Positions 40,752-55,700 of a stretch of 64,000 bases of DNA are shown piece after piece. Under the pieces are notes generated by a model. It was given only the letters and a program-made list of their open reading frames with translations. It ran no database searches and was not told the origin of the DNA. Location: assembly GCF_009914755.1 (NCBI RefSeq), contig NC_060948.1. One strand, given 5' to 3'. The DNA comes from the human T2T-CHM13v2.0 reference genome, Homo sapiens. Numbering within the stretch: position 1 is the first letter of the stretch; each line of letters begins with the position of its first letter. The position numbers were made by a program, and so were the translations under genes.

Positions 40752-43700
40752 CCATTCCATTCCACTCCACTCCACTCCACTCCACTGCTCCCCATTCTGT
40801 TCCGTTCCATTCCATTCCATTCCATTCCATTGCACTCCCATCCACTCCACTCAAGTACACTGCACTTCACTCTACTCCAGTCCATCCATTTGATTCCATT
40901 CCGTTCCATTACATTCCACTCCACTCCATTTCCCTTCATTCCACTCCATTCCACTCCAATCTACTCCACTCCAATCCGTTCCTTTTGACTTCATTCCATT
41001 TGATTCCACCATATTCCATTCCATTCCACTCCATTCCACTCCGCTCGATTCCACTCCACTCCATTCAACTCCACTCATCTCCATTCCATTGAATTCCATT
41101 CCACTCCACTCCATTCCATTCCATTCCTTTATTTCGACTGGATCTCACTCTGTCACCAAGTCTAAAGTGCATTGGCCCAACTGTAGCTCACATTTCATTT
41201 CCCATTCCATTCCACTCCATTCCATTCCATTCCATTCCATTCCATTCCATTCCATTCCATTCCATTCCATTCCATTCCGTTCCGTTCCACTGGATTCCGA
41301 TCCACTCTACTCAACTCCATTTCAATCCAGTCCACTCCATTCTGTTCTGTTCCATTCTATTCCTTTCCATTCCATTCCATTCCGTCCTATTCCATTCCAT
41401 TCCACTCCACTCCATTCCATTCTACTCCATTCTGTTCCACTCCACGCCACTCCACTCCATTCCATTCCATTCTATTCCATTCCATTCCATTCTATTCCAC
41501 TGCCATCTGACCCACTCAATTCAACTTCACAGCACTCCACTCCGATCGATTCCGTTCCGTTCCATTCCGTGTAGTCCACTGCATTGAATTGCACTCCACT
41601 CCATTCCACTCCACTGCATTCCCTTCCATTCTAATGCATTCCATTCCATTCCTTTATTTCGAATAGTTCTCACACTGTCACCCAGACTGGAGTGCAGTGG
41701 CACCAACTTAGCTCATATTTCATTTCACAATTCCAATCCATTCGTTTCCACACCATTCCATTCCACTCCCCTCCACTCCACTCCCATCCATTCCACTCTA
41801 CTCCACTCATTTCAATGCATTCCATTCCTTTCCATTCCAGTGCACTCCAATCCACTGCATTCAAATCCACTCCATTTCACTTCACTCCACTACATTCCGT
41901 TCCATTATGTTTTATTCCACTCCACACCATTCCATTCAATTCTACTCCATGCGATTCCATTCCTTTATTTAGACTGGATCTCACTGTGACACCCACACTG
42001 GTGTGCAGTGGCCAATCTTATTTCATATTTCCTTTATCATTTCTTTCCAATACATTCCATTCCATTCCATTGCATTCCATTCCACTGCACTCCAATCCAC
42101 TCCCCTCAACTCCATTCCAATCCACTCCATTCCATTCTGTTCTGTTCCATTCCGTGCCACTCCATTCCACTCCATTCTATTCCATTCCACTTAATTCAAT
42201 TCCATTCCATTCCACTCCATTGCTCTCCATTCCACTCCACTCCTTTCCATTCCTCTCCACTCCACTCCATTCCAATCCATTCCTTTCCATTCCACTCCAT
42301 TCCATTCCATACCACTCCACTCCACTCTTCTCCACTCCACTCCTCTCTATTCCATTCCATTTCATACCACTGTCCCCCATCAACTCCACTCAACTTCACT
42401 CCTCAACACTTCTCTCCGTTCTTTTTGTTCTTTTCCTTTCCATTCCATTCCACTCCATTCCATTTCATTCCACTCCATTCCATTCCATTGCATTCCACTC
42501 TTTTCCATTCCATTCCACTCCACTCCGTTCCACTCCACTCCACTCCACTCCATACCAATCCAATCCATTCCATTCCACTCCTTTCCATTCCATTTCACTC
42601 CATTCCACTACACTCCCATCTATTCTACTACATTCCATTCCTCTCCACTGCATTGTATTCCATGAAATTCCATTCCTTTCCATTCCTTTATTTCGACTGG
42701 ATCTCTCTTGGTCAGCAGAGTGAAGTGCAGTGGCACAATCTTAGCTCACATTTCATTTCACCTTTTCATTCCATTCCATTGCATTCCATTGCATTCCATT
42801 CCATTCCATTCCACTACAATCCATTCCATTTCACCGCACTCTGATCCACTCCACTCAACTTCGCTCAATTCCATTCCATTCCATTCCATTCCATTCCATT
42901 CCATTCCATTCCATTCCATTCCATTCCATTCCTATCAATTCCACTCCACTGAATTTAACTCCACACCATTCCACTTCTCTCCACTAAACTCCACGCTATT
43001 CCTTTCCATTCCTCTCCTTTCCATGGCATTCCATTCCACTCCCTTCCACTTCATTCCACTCCACTCGATTCCACTCGAGTCCATTCAACTGCACTGCACT
43101 TCATTCCAGTGCATTCCATTCCACTACACTCCATTCCTTTCTGTTCCTTTATTTCGACTGAATCTCACTCTGTTACGCAGACTAGAGTGCTGTGGCCCCA
43201 TCTCAGCTCACATTTCATTAACCATTCCATTGCACTCCATTCCATTCCATTCCATTCCATTGCAATCCATTCCATTTCTCTGAATTCCGATCCACTCCAC
43301 TGAACTCCACTCCACTCTGTTCTATTCTGTTCCCTTCCAAACCATTCCATTATGTTCCATTCCACTCCACTCCACTCCATTCAATTCCATTTCATTCCAC
43401 AACTCTGTTTTCCACTTTACTCCATTAACCACCACTCCACTCCACTACATTCCATTCCCTTCACTTCCATTCCATTCCTTTCCATACCCTTCCAAACCAA
43501 TGCACACCATTTCATTCCATTCTACTCCTTTCCCTTCCATTCATTCATTTTGACAGGATCTAACTCTCTCACCCAGACAGGAGTTCAGTGGCAGAACCTT
43601 AGCTCACACTTCATTAATCATTCCATTCCTTTCCATTCCATTCCATTCTATTGAACTCTCTGCCATTCAAACTCTTTCCGTTCCATTACATTCCAGTCCA

Positions 43701-46700
43701 TTCCATTCCATTCCCCTCCACTGCACTCCATTCAATTCCACTCAATTCCACTCCATTACACTCCTTTCCACTCCATTTCACTCCATTCCACTTCATTCCA
43801 CCCTACTCCACTCCTGACCACTCCAATCTATTCCATTCCATTCCATTCCCCTGCACTCCAATCCAGTCCAATCAACTTCATTCCACTCCACTCCACTCCA
43901 TTCCATTCCATTTTGTTCCATTCAGTTCCATTCTACTCGACTCCGTTCCACTCTACTCTATTACACTCCACTCCTTTCCATTCCATTATACTCCATTCCA
44001 TTCCATTCCTTTATATCGACTGGATCTCACTCTGTCACCCAGACTGTAGTGCAGTGGGACAATCTTAGCTCACGTTTCATTTCACCATTCCATTCCATTC
44101 CAATCCATTTCATTCTATTTCATTCCTCTCCACTCCACTCCACTCCATTCCATTCCACTCCACTCCACTCCATTCCATTCCATTCCACTCCACTCCACTA
44201 CATTCCATTCCATTCTATTTCACCGCACTCCGAGCCACTCCACTCAACTCCACTCTACTCTACACCACTCCACTCCATTCCTTTCCTTTCCGTTCCCTTC
44301 CATTCCACTCCATGCCATTCCATTCCATTCTTCTCCATTCCTTTGCATTCCTTTATTTCTACTGGATCTCACTCTGTCACTCAGAATGGTGTGCAGTGGC
44401 CCTATCTTAGCACACATTTGATTCCCCATTCCATTCCCTTCCTTTCCGTTCCATACAATTCCATTGAATTCCATTCTATTCCACTGCATTCTGAGGCACT
44501 CCACTCCACTCCACTCCACTCCTCTGCTTTCCGTTCCATGCCATTCTTCTCCATTCCATTCCTTTCTTTTCCATTCTATTCCATTCCATTCTAATCCACT
44601 CCATTCCAATCCACTCAATTCCATTCCTATCCACCCCAGTCTACTATATTACATTACATTCCATGCAACTGCACTCCGATCCACTCCACTCATTTTCACT
44701 CCACTCGTCTCCACACCCTCAAATCCACTACATTCCCCTCCACTCCACTAAAATCTATTTCACTCCACTCCACTCCACTCCACTCCATTTCATTCCATTT
44801 TATTCCATTCCATTGCATTCCACTCCCCTAAACTCCAGTCCACTCCACTCCATTTCATTCCACTCCACTCCATTGCATTCCATTCCACTCCATTCCACTC
44901 CACTCCACGGCACTCCGCCCTTCTCAATTCCATTTCATTCCACTCCAGTCCACTCCATTCCATTCTACTGCACTCCCATTCACTCCACTCAAATACTCTC
45001 CACTCTACTTCACTCCGTTCCATTCCATTCCATTGTATTCCATTTTATTCCATTCCATTCCATTCCATTCCATTCCATTCCATTCCATTAATTTCCATTC
45101 TACTCCACTCCACTCCACTACATTCCATTCCATTGCATTCCATTTCATTCCATTCCATTCCCTTCCACTGCACTCCGATCCATTTCACTCAACTCCATGC
45201 CACTTGACTCCACTCCTTTTTGCTCTGTTCTATATCATTCCTTTACATTCCATTCCATTCCACTCCACTCCACTCCATTCTAGTCCACTCAATTGAATTC
45301 CAAAGCATTCCATTCCATTCCACTCCACTCCATTCCATTCCATTCTGCACCGTTCCTCTCCATTCCATTCTACTCCATTCCACTCCATTCCATTCCACTC
45401 CATTCCACTCCACTCTATTCCACTCCATTCCATTTCAATCCACTCCATTCCCTTCCAATCCATTCCACCCCATTCCACTGCACTCCATTCCAATCCTCTC
45501 GGTTCCACTCCAATCCACTCCATTCCACTCCATTCCTTTCCATTCCACTCCATTCAATTCCATTCCATTCCATTCCATTCCATTCCATTACCCTCTATTC
45601 CACTCTACTCCACTCCAGTCCACTCCCCTCCTTTGCACTCCAGTCCACTCCATTACTATCCATTCCATTCCAGTCCACGCCATTCCATTCCATTCGATTC
45701 ATTTGCTTTATTTCGACTGAATATCATTATGTCAAAATTACTGGTGTTGACTGGCACAATCTTCACTCACATTTCATTTCACCATTCCATTCCACTCCAT
45801 TCCATTCCATTCCATTCCATTGCATTCCAAACAATTCCACTCTATTCTACCTGACTCCACTCCATTTCACCCCACTCATCTCCATTCCATTCCCCACCAT
45901 TGCATTCCATTCCCTTCCATTCCATTCCATTGCATTGCATTCCATTCCATTCCAGTGCACTCCGATCCACTCCACTGAAATTCACTCCACTCCACTCCAT
46001 TCTATTCCGTTTGGTTCTGTTCCATACTGTTCCATTCCACTCCATTCCATTCCACTCCACTCCATTCCACCCCACTCCATTTCACTCCATTCCAATACAT
46101 TCCACTCCATTCCACTCTATAACAGTCCACTCCACTCCACTCTGATCCAGTCCTCTCAAATCTATTAAACGCCATTCTGTTCCATTCCATTCCATTCGAT
46201 TCCATTCGATTCCATTCCATTCCATTCCATTCCATTCCATTCCATTCCATTCCATTCCATTCCATTCCATTCCTTTTCATTCCACACCATTCCATTCCAT
46301 TCTATTCCATTCCATTCCATTCATTCCATTCCACATCATTCCATTCCTCTCCAATCCAATGCATTCCATTCCACTCCAGTCTGCTCCACTCCACTCCATT
46401 TCACTCCACTAAACTTCATTCCACTTCACTCCATCCCATTCCACTCCTGTTCATTTCATTCCACTCCACTCCACTCCATTCCAGTCCAAACCACTCCATT
46501 CCATTCCATTCCATTCCATTTCATTGCATTCCACTCCATTTCATTCCATTCCATTACACTGCATTCCGATCCACTCCACTGAACTCAACTCCACTCCACT
46601 CCACTCCATTCCACTCCGTTCCCTTCCATTCCTTTCTGTTCCCTTCCATTCCACTCTATTCCATTCCACTCCAATGTATTCCACTTGACTCCATTTCATT

Positions 46701-49700
46701 CCATTCCACTCCATTCCACTTTACTCCTCTCCACTTCATTCCATTCCATTCCATTCCACTCCATTCCATTCCATTCCTCGCCATTCCATTCCATTACATT
46801 GCTCTCCTTTGCACTTAATTCCACTCCACTCCGTTCCACTCTTCTGCAATCTTTTCCAATCCTCTCTATTCCTCTCCATTTCATTCCATTTCCATTCATT
46901 CCTTTCCATTCCATTTCATTCCATTCCATTCCATTCCATTCCATTCCATTCCATTCCATTCTATTCCACTGTACTCCAATTCACTCCACTCAACTCCAGT
47001 CCACCCCACTGCAATCCACTCCATTCCATTCCACTCCATTCCATTCGATTCCACTAAGTTCCATTATATTGCACTCCATTCCACTCCATTCCATTCCACT
47101 CCACTTTTTTACACCCCACTCCGTTCCACTCCACTCAATTCCAATGCATTCCACTCCTTTCATTCCATTCCACTCCTTTCCTTTCCACTGCACTTCGATC
47201 CACTCCACTCAACTCCATTCCACTCCACTCCATTCCTTTCCGTTCCATTCCAGTCCACACCATTCCATTCCGTTCTACTCTATGACATTTCATTCCTTTA
47301 TTTTGACTGGATCTCACTGTGTCAGCCAGACTGGTGTGCACTGGCCCAATCTTAAATCACATTCCATTCACCATTTCTTTCCTTGCCATTCCATTCCATT
47401 CCATTCCATTCCATTCCTTTCTACTGCACTCTGAGCCACTACCCTCAAGTTCACTCCACTCCACTCCGTTCCGTTCCGTTGCATTCCAATCCATTCCTGT
47501 CCTTTCCCCTCCATTCTATTCCATTCCACTCAATTCATTTCCATTCCATTCCACTCTATTTCACTCCTTTCCTCTCCACTCCATTCCACTTCACTCCATT
47601 CCACTCCACTCCACTCTATTCCACTCCTTTCCACTACAATCCACTCCATTCCACTCCACTCCTCTCCACTCCACTTCTCTCCTTTCCATTCCACTGCACT
47701 GCGATCCACCAAACTCAAATTCACTCCTCTCCACTCCATTCCATTCCATTCTGTTCCTTTCCATTCCTTTCCACTCCATTAAATTCAACGCCACTCCATT
47801 CCACTCCATTTCATTTCACTCCATTTCACTCCATTCCACTCCACTCCACTCTAATCCACTCTAGTCTACTCCACTCCACTCTGATGAAGTGCTCTTAAAT
47901 CCACTTCAGGCCATTCCGTTCTGTTCCATTCCATTCCATTCCATTCCTTTCCTGTACACATCCCTCCTTTCCATTCCATTCCATTCCACCCTATTGCATT
48001 CCACTGCATTCTAGTGCATTCCATTCCACTCCACTCTGCTCCACTCCACTTCATTCCTCTCCACTCCACTTCATTCCACTCCACTCTATTCCATTCCAAA
48101 CCAGTCCATTCCTTTCCGCCCCAATTCACTCCATTCCAGTCCAAACCACTCCATTCTATTCCATTCCAATGCACTCCGCCCCACTCCACTCAACTCCACT
48201 CCACTCCGTTTCATTCCGTTCTTTTCTATTCCATTCCATTCCACTCTATTCCATTCCTCTCCCCGCCATTACACTTGACTCCATTTCACTGCATTCCACT
48301 CCATTCCACACTAGTCCACTCCACTGCATTCCATTCCTCTCAATTCCATTCCATTCCACTCCATTCTATTCCATTCGCTTCCATTCCATTCCACTCCATT
48401 CCACTCCTCTCCATTCCAGTGCACTACAATCCTCTCCAATCCACTCCATTCAATTCCATTACCCTCCATTCCATTCCATTCCATTCCATTCCATTCCATT
48501 CCACTACACTCCATTCCATTCCACTCCACTGCACTTTGATCCACTCCACTCAACTCCACTGCACTCCACTCCAATCCACTCCATTCCATTCTTCCATTAT
48601 TTCCACTCTAATCAATGACTTTCCATTCCCCTCCATTCCACTCCATTCCAGTCCACTATATTCCACTCTACTTCGTTCAACTCCACTCTACTCTATTCCA
48701 CTGCATTCCAATCCACTCCATTCCTTTCCTTTCCATTCTACTTCACTCTATTCCATTCCTTTATTTCGATTTGATCTCACTCTGTCTCCAAGACTAAGGT
48801 GCAGTTGCTCAATCTTAGCTCACATTTCTGTAACCATTCCTTTCCATTCCATTCCATTTCATTCCATTACATTCTACTGCACTCCTATCCACTCCAATCA
48901 ACTCCACTCCACTCCACTACGTTCCTTTTTGTTCCTTTCTAATCCATTCCATTCCATTCCTTTCCATCTTGTTCCATTCCATTCCACTCCACTCCATTCC
49001 ATTCCACTCCATTCCACTCTACTCCACTCCACTCCACGCCCCTCACTCCAATCCACTCCATTCCATTCCATTCCACTGAATGCTGTTCCACTCCACTCAA
49101 TTTCACTCCACTCCACTCCGATCCATTCAGTTCCATTCCATTCCATTCCCGTCCACTGCATTCCATTTCACTACACTCCATTCCACTCGTCTTCATTTTA
49201 TTCCATTCTACTGCATTCCTTTCTATTCCGTTATTTTGACACTATCTCACATTATCACCCAGACTGGAGTGCAGTGGCACCAACTTAGCTCATATTTCAT
49301 TTCACCATTCCATTCCATTCCATTCTATTCCATTCCATTCCATTCCATTCCATTCCATTCCATTCCATTCCATTGCATTCCTTTAAATTCCACACCATTG
49401 CATTCCACTCCACTCGACTCCATTCCACTCCGGTCCACTCCACTCCATTCCACTCCACTCCAATCCTTTCCTTCCATTCCATTCCATTCCATTCCATTCC
49501 ACTGCACTCTTATCCACTCCACTCCACTCCACTACATTCTGCTCTGTTCCATTCTGTTCCAGTGTACACCATTCCATTGCATTCTACTCCACGCCATTCC
49601 ATTCCTTTATTTTGAATGGATCTCACTGTGTCACCCAGACTGCAGTGCAGTGGCCCAATCTTGACTGACATTTCATTCACCATTTCATTCCATTCCATGG

Positions 49701-52700
49701 CATCTTATTCCATTCCATTCCATTCCATTCCATTCCATTCCATTCCATTCCATGGCATTGCATTCCGTTCCTTTCCACTGCCCTCCCATGCACTCCACTC
49801 AACTCCACTGCACTTCAGTCTATTTCACACCATTCCTTTTCGTTCCATTCCGTTCCAATTCATTCCGTTGCATTCCACTCCATTCCATTCCTCTCCATTT
49901 CATTCCATTCCACTACATTCCATTCCATTCCACTCTATTCCTCTCCATTCCATTCCAATCCTCTCCATTCGTTTCATTCCATTCCATTCCTTTCCATTCC
50001 ACTGCACTCCAATCCACTCCACTCAGTTCCACTCCACTGCACTGCACTACACTCTGTTCCATTCCGTTCCCTTCCGGTCCACACCATTCCAATGCATTCT
50101 ACTCCATGTTATTCCATTCCTTTATTTTGAATGGTTCTCACTGTGTCACCCAGCCTGGAGTGCAGTGGCACAATCTTAGCTGACATTTCCTTCAGCATTC
50201 CATTCCATTCCATTCCATGGCATTCCATTCCATTCCTTTCCACTGCACTCCCTTGCACTCCACTCAACTCCAATTCACTTCACTCTACTTCACACCCTTC
50301 GTTTCGGTTCCATTCCATTCCGATACTTTCCATTCCATTCCTCTCCACTTCATTCCATTACACTCCATTCCATTCGATTCCACTACATTCCATTCCATTT
50401 CACTCCATTCCACTCCATTCCACTTCACTTGATTCCACTCTACTCCATTCAACTGCACTACACTCCATTCCACTGCTTTCCATTCCACTCCAATCCATTC
50501 CATTTTATTCCTTTATTTCGACTGAATCTCACGTGTCACCCAGACTGGAGTGCCGTAGCCCAATCTTAGCTCATATTTCATTAACCATTCCATTGCATAA
50601 CATTCCATTCCATTCCATTTCATTCCATTGCATTCCATTCCATTCCGTTCCATTCCAATGCACTCTGAACCACTGCACTGAGCTCCTTTCCACTCTCCTC
50701 TACTCCGTTCTATTCCATTCCATCCTGTTCCATTCAATTCTGCTCCACTCCACTGCATTCCATTCCACTTCATTCCACTCCACTCCTATCCACTTCACTC
50801 CATTCCCCTCCACTCCACTCCATTCTATTCCTTTTCATTCCTTTCCATTCCATTCCAATGCAGACCATTACATTACATTCTACTCCATTCCATTCCATTC
50901 CTTTATTTCGACAGGTTCTCACTCTGTCACCCAGACAGGAGTGCAGTGGCCCAATCTTAACTCACATTTAATTAACCATTCCATTCTTTTCCATTCTATT
51001 CCATTCCATTCCATTTCATTCTATTGTGTTCCCTTCCATTCCATTCCATTCTATTGCGTTCCCTTCCATTCCTTTGCAGTCTGATGCACTCCATTCAACT
51101 CCACTCCATTCTTCTCCATTCCTTTACGTTCCATTCCATTGCATTCCGTTCTGTTCCATTCCACTCCAATCCATTGCGTTCCATTCCACTCCACTCCATT
51201 CCATTCCTCTCCATTCCTTTGCATTTCACTCCTTTCCACTTCATTCCAGTCCACTCCACTCCTCTCCACTCCACTCCACTCCATTCCTTTCCATTCAATT
51301 CCCCTGCACTCCAATCCACTCCACTCAAATTCACTCTATTCCACTCCGTTCCGTTCCATTCCGCTCTGTACCATTCCACTCCATTCCACTTCACCCTTCT
51401 CCAATCCACTCCACTCCATTCCTTCCCATTCTGTTCGATTCCATTCCTTTATTTTGATGGGATCGCACTCTGTCACCCAGACAGGAGTGCAGTAGCCCAA
51501 TCTTAGCTCACATTTCATTTCACCAATCCGTTCCATCCCATTGCATTCCACTCCGTTCCATTCCACTCCACTACACTGCACTCCATTCCATTCCATTCCA
51601 CTCCATTCTACTCCACTCCACTGCACTGCACTCCACTCCACTCCATTCCATTCCATTTCGTTCGACTGTACTCTCATCCACTCCACTCAACTTCACTCCA
51701 CTCCACTCAACTCCGTTCCATTTTGTTCCCTTCCTTTCCATTCCATTCCTCTCCATTCCATTCCACTCCACTCCATTCCATTCCATTCTACTCCATTTCT
51801 TTCCATTCCTTTATTTCAACTGGATCTCACTCTTTCAACCAGAATGGAGTGCAGTGGCACAATCTTAGCTCACATTTCATTTCACCATTCCATTCCATTC
51901 CTTTCCACTCCATTCCTTTCCACTCCTGTCCACTCCATTGCATTCTGTTCCATTGCATTCCATTCCACTGCCCTCCTGCCCACTCCACTCAAGTCCACGC
52001 CACTCCTGTGCATTTATTTCCATTCCGTTTAATTCCATTCCATTCCGTTCCATTCCATTCCATTCCATTCCACTCCTTTCTATTCCACTTCTCTCCATTC
52101 CACTCCACTCCATTTCATTCAATTCAACTCCTTTCCACTCGACTCCACTGCATTCCACTCCTTTTCTTCCTGTTCCACTCCACTCCATTCCACTCCCCTT
52201 GATTCTATTCCACTCCATTCCATTCAACTCCAAACCACTCCACTCCACTCCATTCCGTTCCCCTCCACTTCACTCCTTTCTAATCCATTCTATTCAAATT
52301 CTCTCCATTCCATTCCTTTCCATTAAACTCCATTCCACTCCACTCCATTCCAGTCCACTCCACTCCATTCCACTCCATTCCATTCAATTACACTCCACTC
52401 CTTTCCATAACAGGCAACTCTGTTCCATTCCATTTCTTTATTTCGACTGGATCTCACTTTGTCATCGGACTGAAGTGCAGTGACACAGTCTTAGCTCACT
52501 TTTCATTTCACCTTTACAACCCATTCCTTTCCATTGCATTCCATTCCATTGCATTCCATTCCATTCCATTCCACTGCACTCTGATCCACTCCACTCCACT
52601 CCACTACAGTCAATTCCATTCCCTTCCACTCCATTCGATTTCACTACATTCCATTCCATTCCACTCCACTGCATTCCACTCCACCCCATTCCATTCCACT

Positions 52701-55700
52701 CTAAACACTCCAAGCCATTCCTTTCCCTTCCACTCCTTTCCATAATATTCCATTCCAATCCATTCCAGTCCATTTCACTCCACTCGATTCCACTCCAATC
52801 CAATCAACTCCACTTCCCTCCATTCCACTGCATTCCATTCCACTCCAATCCATTACATTCCATTCTACTCTATTCCATTCCATTCCTTTATCTCGACTGA
52901 ATGTCTCTGTGTCACCCAGACAGGAGTGACATTTCACTCCATTCCATTTCATTCTTCTCCAATCAACTCCACTCCATTTCATTCCATTCTATTCCATTCC
53001 ATTCCTTTATTTTGACGGGATCTCACTCTGTCACCCAGAGAGGTGTGCACTAGCACAATCTTAGCTCACATTTCCTTTCACCAATCCATTCCAACCCATT
53101 GCATTCCTCTCCATTCCATTCCACTCCACTCCACTCCATTCCATTCCATTCCACTCCATTCCACTCCACTCCACTGCACTCCACTCCATTCCATTCCATT
53201 TCATTCCACTGCACACCGATCCACTCCACTCAAATTCACTCCACTCCATTCAACTCTGTTCCATTCCATTCCCTTCCTTTCCATTTCATTACTCTCTTTT
53301 CCATTCCACTCGATTCCACTGCACTCCATTCCACTGCACTCCATTCCATTTCCTTCTACTCCATTCCTTTCCATTCCGTTATTTCAACTGGATCTCACTA
53401 TTTCAACCAGACTGGAGTGCAGTGGCATAATCTTTGCTCACATTTCATTTCACCATTCCATTCCATTACAATCCATCCCATTCCATTCCACTCCATTCCA
53501 TTCAACTCCAATCCACCCCACTCCACTCCACTCCATTCCATTCCACTCCAGTCCACTCCATTGCATTCCGTTCCATTCCATTCCATTCCAGTGCACTCCT
53601 ATCCACTCCACTCAACTCCATGCCACTCCACTGCGTTTCTTTCGATTCTGTTCCATTCCATTCCATTCCATTCCATTCCATTCCATTCCATTCCATTCCA
53701 ATCTTTTCCATTCCACTTCACTCCATTCCCCTTCATTCCATTCCACTCTATTCCTCTGCATATCACTCTATTCCACTTCATTCCACTCCACTCCATTCAA
53801 CTCCACTCCTTTCCATTCCATTCAATTCCCCTGCACTCTAATCCACTCCACTCAAATTCACTCCACTCCATTCCATTCCATTCCATTCCATTCCATTCCA
53901 TTCCATTCCATTCCGTTCTGTTCTGTACCACTCCACTCTATTCCATTTCACAGTTCTCCATTCTCCTTCACTCCATTCCAATCCATTCTACTCCATTCCA
54001 TTCCTTTATTTCGATGCGTTCTCACTCTGTCACCCAGACAGGAGTGGAGTGGCCCAATCAGAACTCACATTTAATTATGCATTCCATTCTATTCCATTCC
54101 ATTCCATTCCATTCCATTCCATTCCATTCCATTCCATTCCATTCCACTCCATTCCATTCAACTCCAATCCACCCCACTCCACTCCATTCCATTCCACCCC
54201 AGTCCACTCCATTGCATTCCATTCCATTCCATTCCATTTCACTGCACTCCTATCCACTCCACTCAACACCACGCCACTCCAGAGCGTGTCTTTCCATTCC
54301 ATTCCATTCCATTCCATTCCATTCCATTCCATTCCATTCCAATCCATCCCATTCCATTCCACTCCATTCCATTCAACTCCAATCCACCCCACCCCACTCT
54401 TCTCCATTCCATTCCACTCCAGTCCACTCCATTGCATTCCGTTCCATTCCATTCCATTCCATTCCAGTGCACTCCTATCCACTCCACTCAACTCCATGAT
54501 ACTCCACTGCGTTTCTTTCGATTCTGTTCCATTCCATTCCATTCCATTCCATTCCATTCCACTCCTTTCCATTCCACTTCACTCCATTCCATTTCATTCC
54601 ATTCCACTGCTTTCCATTCCATTTCACTCTATTCCACTCCATTCCACTCAACTGCAGTGCATTCCACTCCATTCCATTCCACTCCACTCCACTCCTTTCT
54701 ACTCCCGTCGATTCTATTCCACTCCATTCCATTCAACTCCAAACCACTCCACTCCACTCCATTCTGTTCCATTCCACTCCACTTCACTCCATTCCAATTC
54801 ATTCCATTCAATTACTCTCCATTCCATTCCATTCCGTTAAAATCCATTCCACTCCATTCCACTGCACTCCATTCCACTCCATTCCATTCCACTCCATTCA
54901 ATTCTATTGAGTTCTCTTCCATTCCATTGCACTCTGGTGCACTCCATTCAACTCCATTCCACTCTTCTCCTTTCCTTTCCTTTCCTTTCCATTCCATTGC
55001 ATTCCACTCCAATCCATTCCAATCCATTCCACTCCACTGCATTCCATTCCTCTCCATTCCTTTGCATTTCACTCCATTTCACTTCATTCCCCTCCTCTCC
55101 ACTCCACTCCACTCCATTCCATTCCATTCCATTACATTCCTCTCACTTCCATTCTATTCCACTCCATTCCATTCAACTCCAATCCACTCCACTCCACTCC
55201 ATTCCGTTCCACTCCACTCCTTTCCATTCCAATACATTACATTCAATTACTCTCCATTCCATTCCATTCCATTCCACTCCACTCCACTTCATTCCACTAC
55301 ATTCCTTTCCACTCCACTCCACTCCATTTCATAACTTGCAACTCCGTTCCATTCAATTCCCTTATTTTTACTGGATCTCACTTTGTCATCAGATTGAAGT
55401 TCATTGGCACAATCTTAGCTCACATTTTATTTCACCATTCCATTTCTTTCCATTCCATTCCACTACATTGCTTTCCATTCCAATGCACTCCGATCCACTC
55501 CTCTCAAGTCTGCTCCACTCCCGTCCATTCCATTCCTTTCCACTCCGTTCGATTCCACTACATTCCATTCCATTCCACTCCATTCCACTCCACTGCGTTC
55601 CACTCCACTCTACTGAACTCCAAGCTATTCCTTTCCATTCCACTCCTTTCCATGATGTTCCATTCCACTCCATTCCACTCCACTCGATTCCACTCGTACC

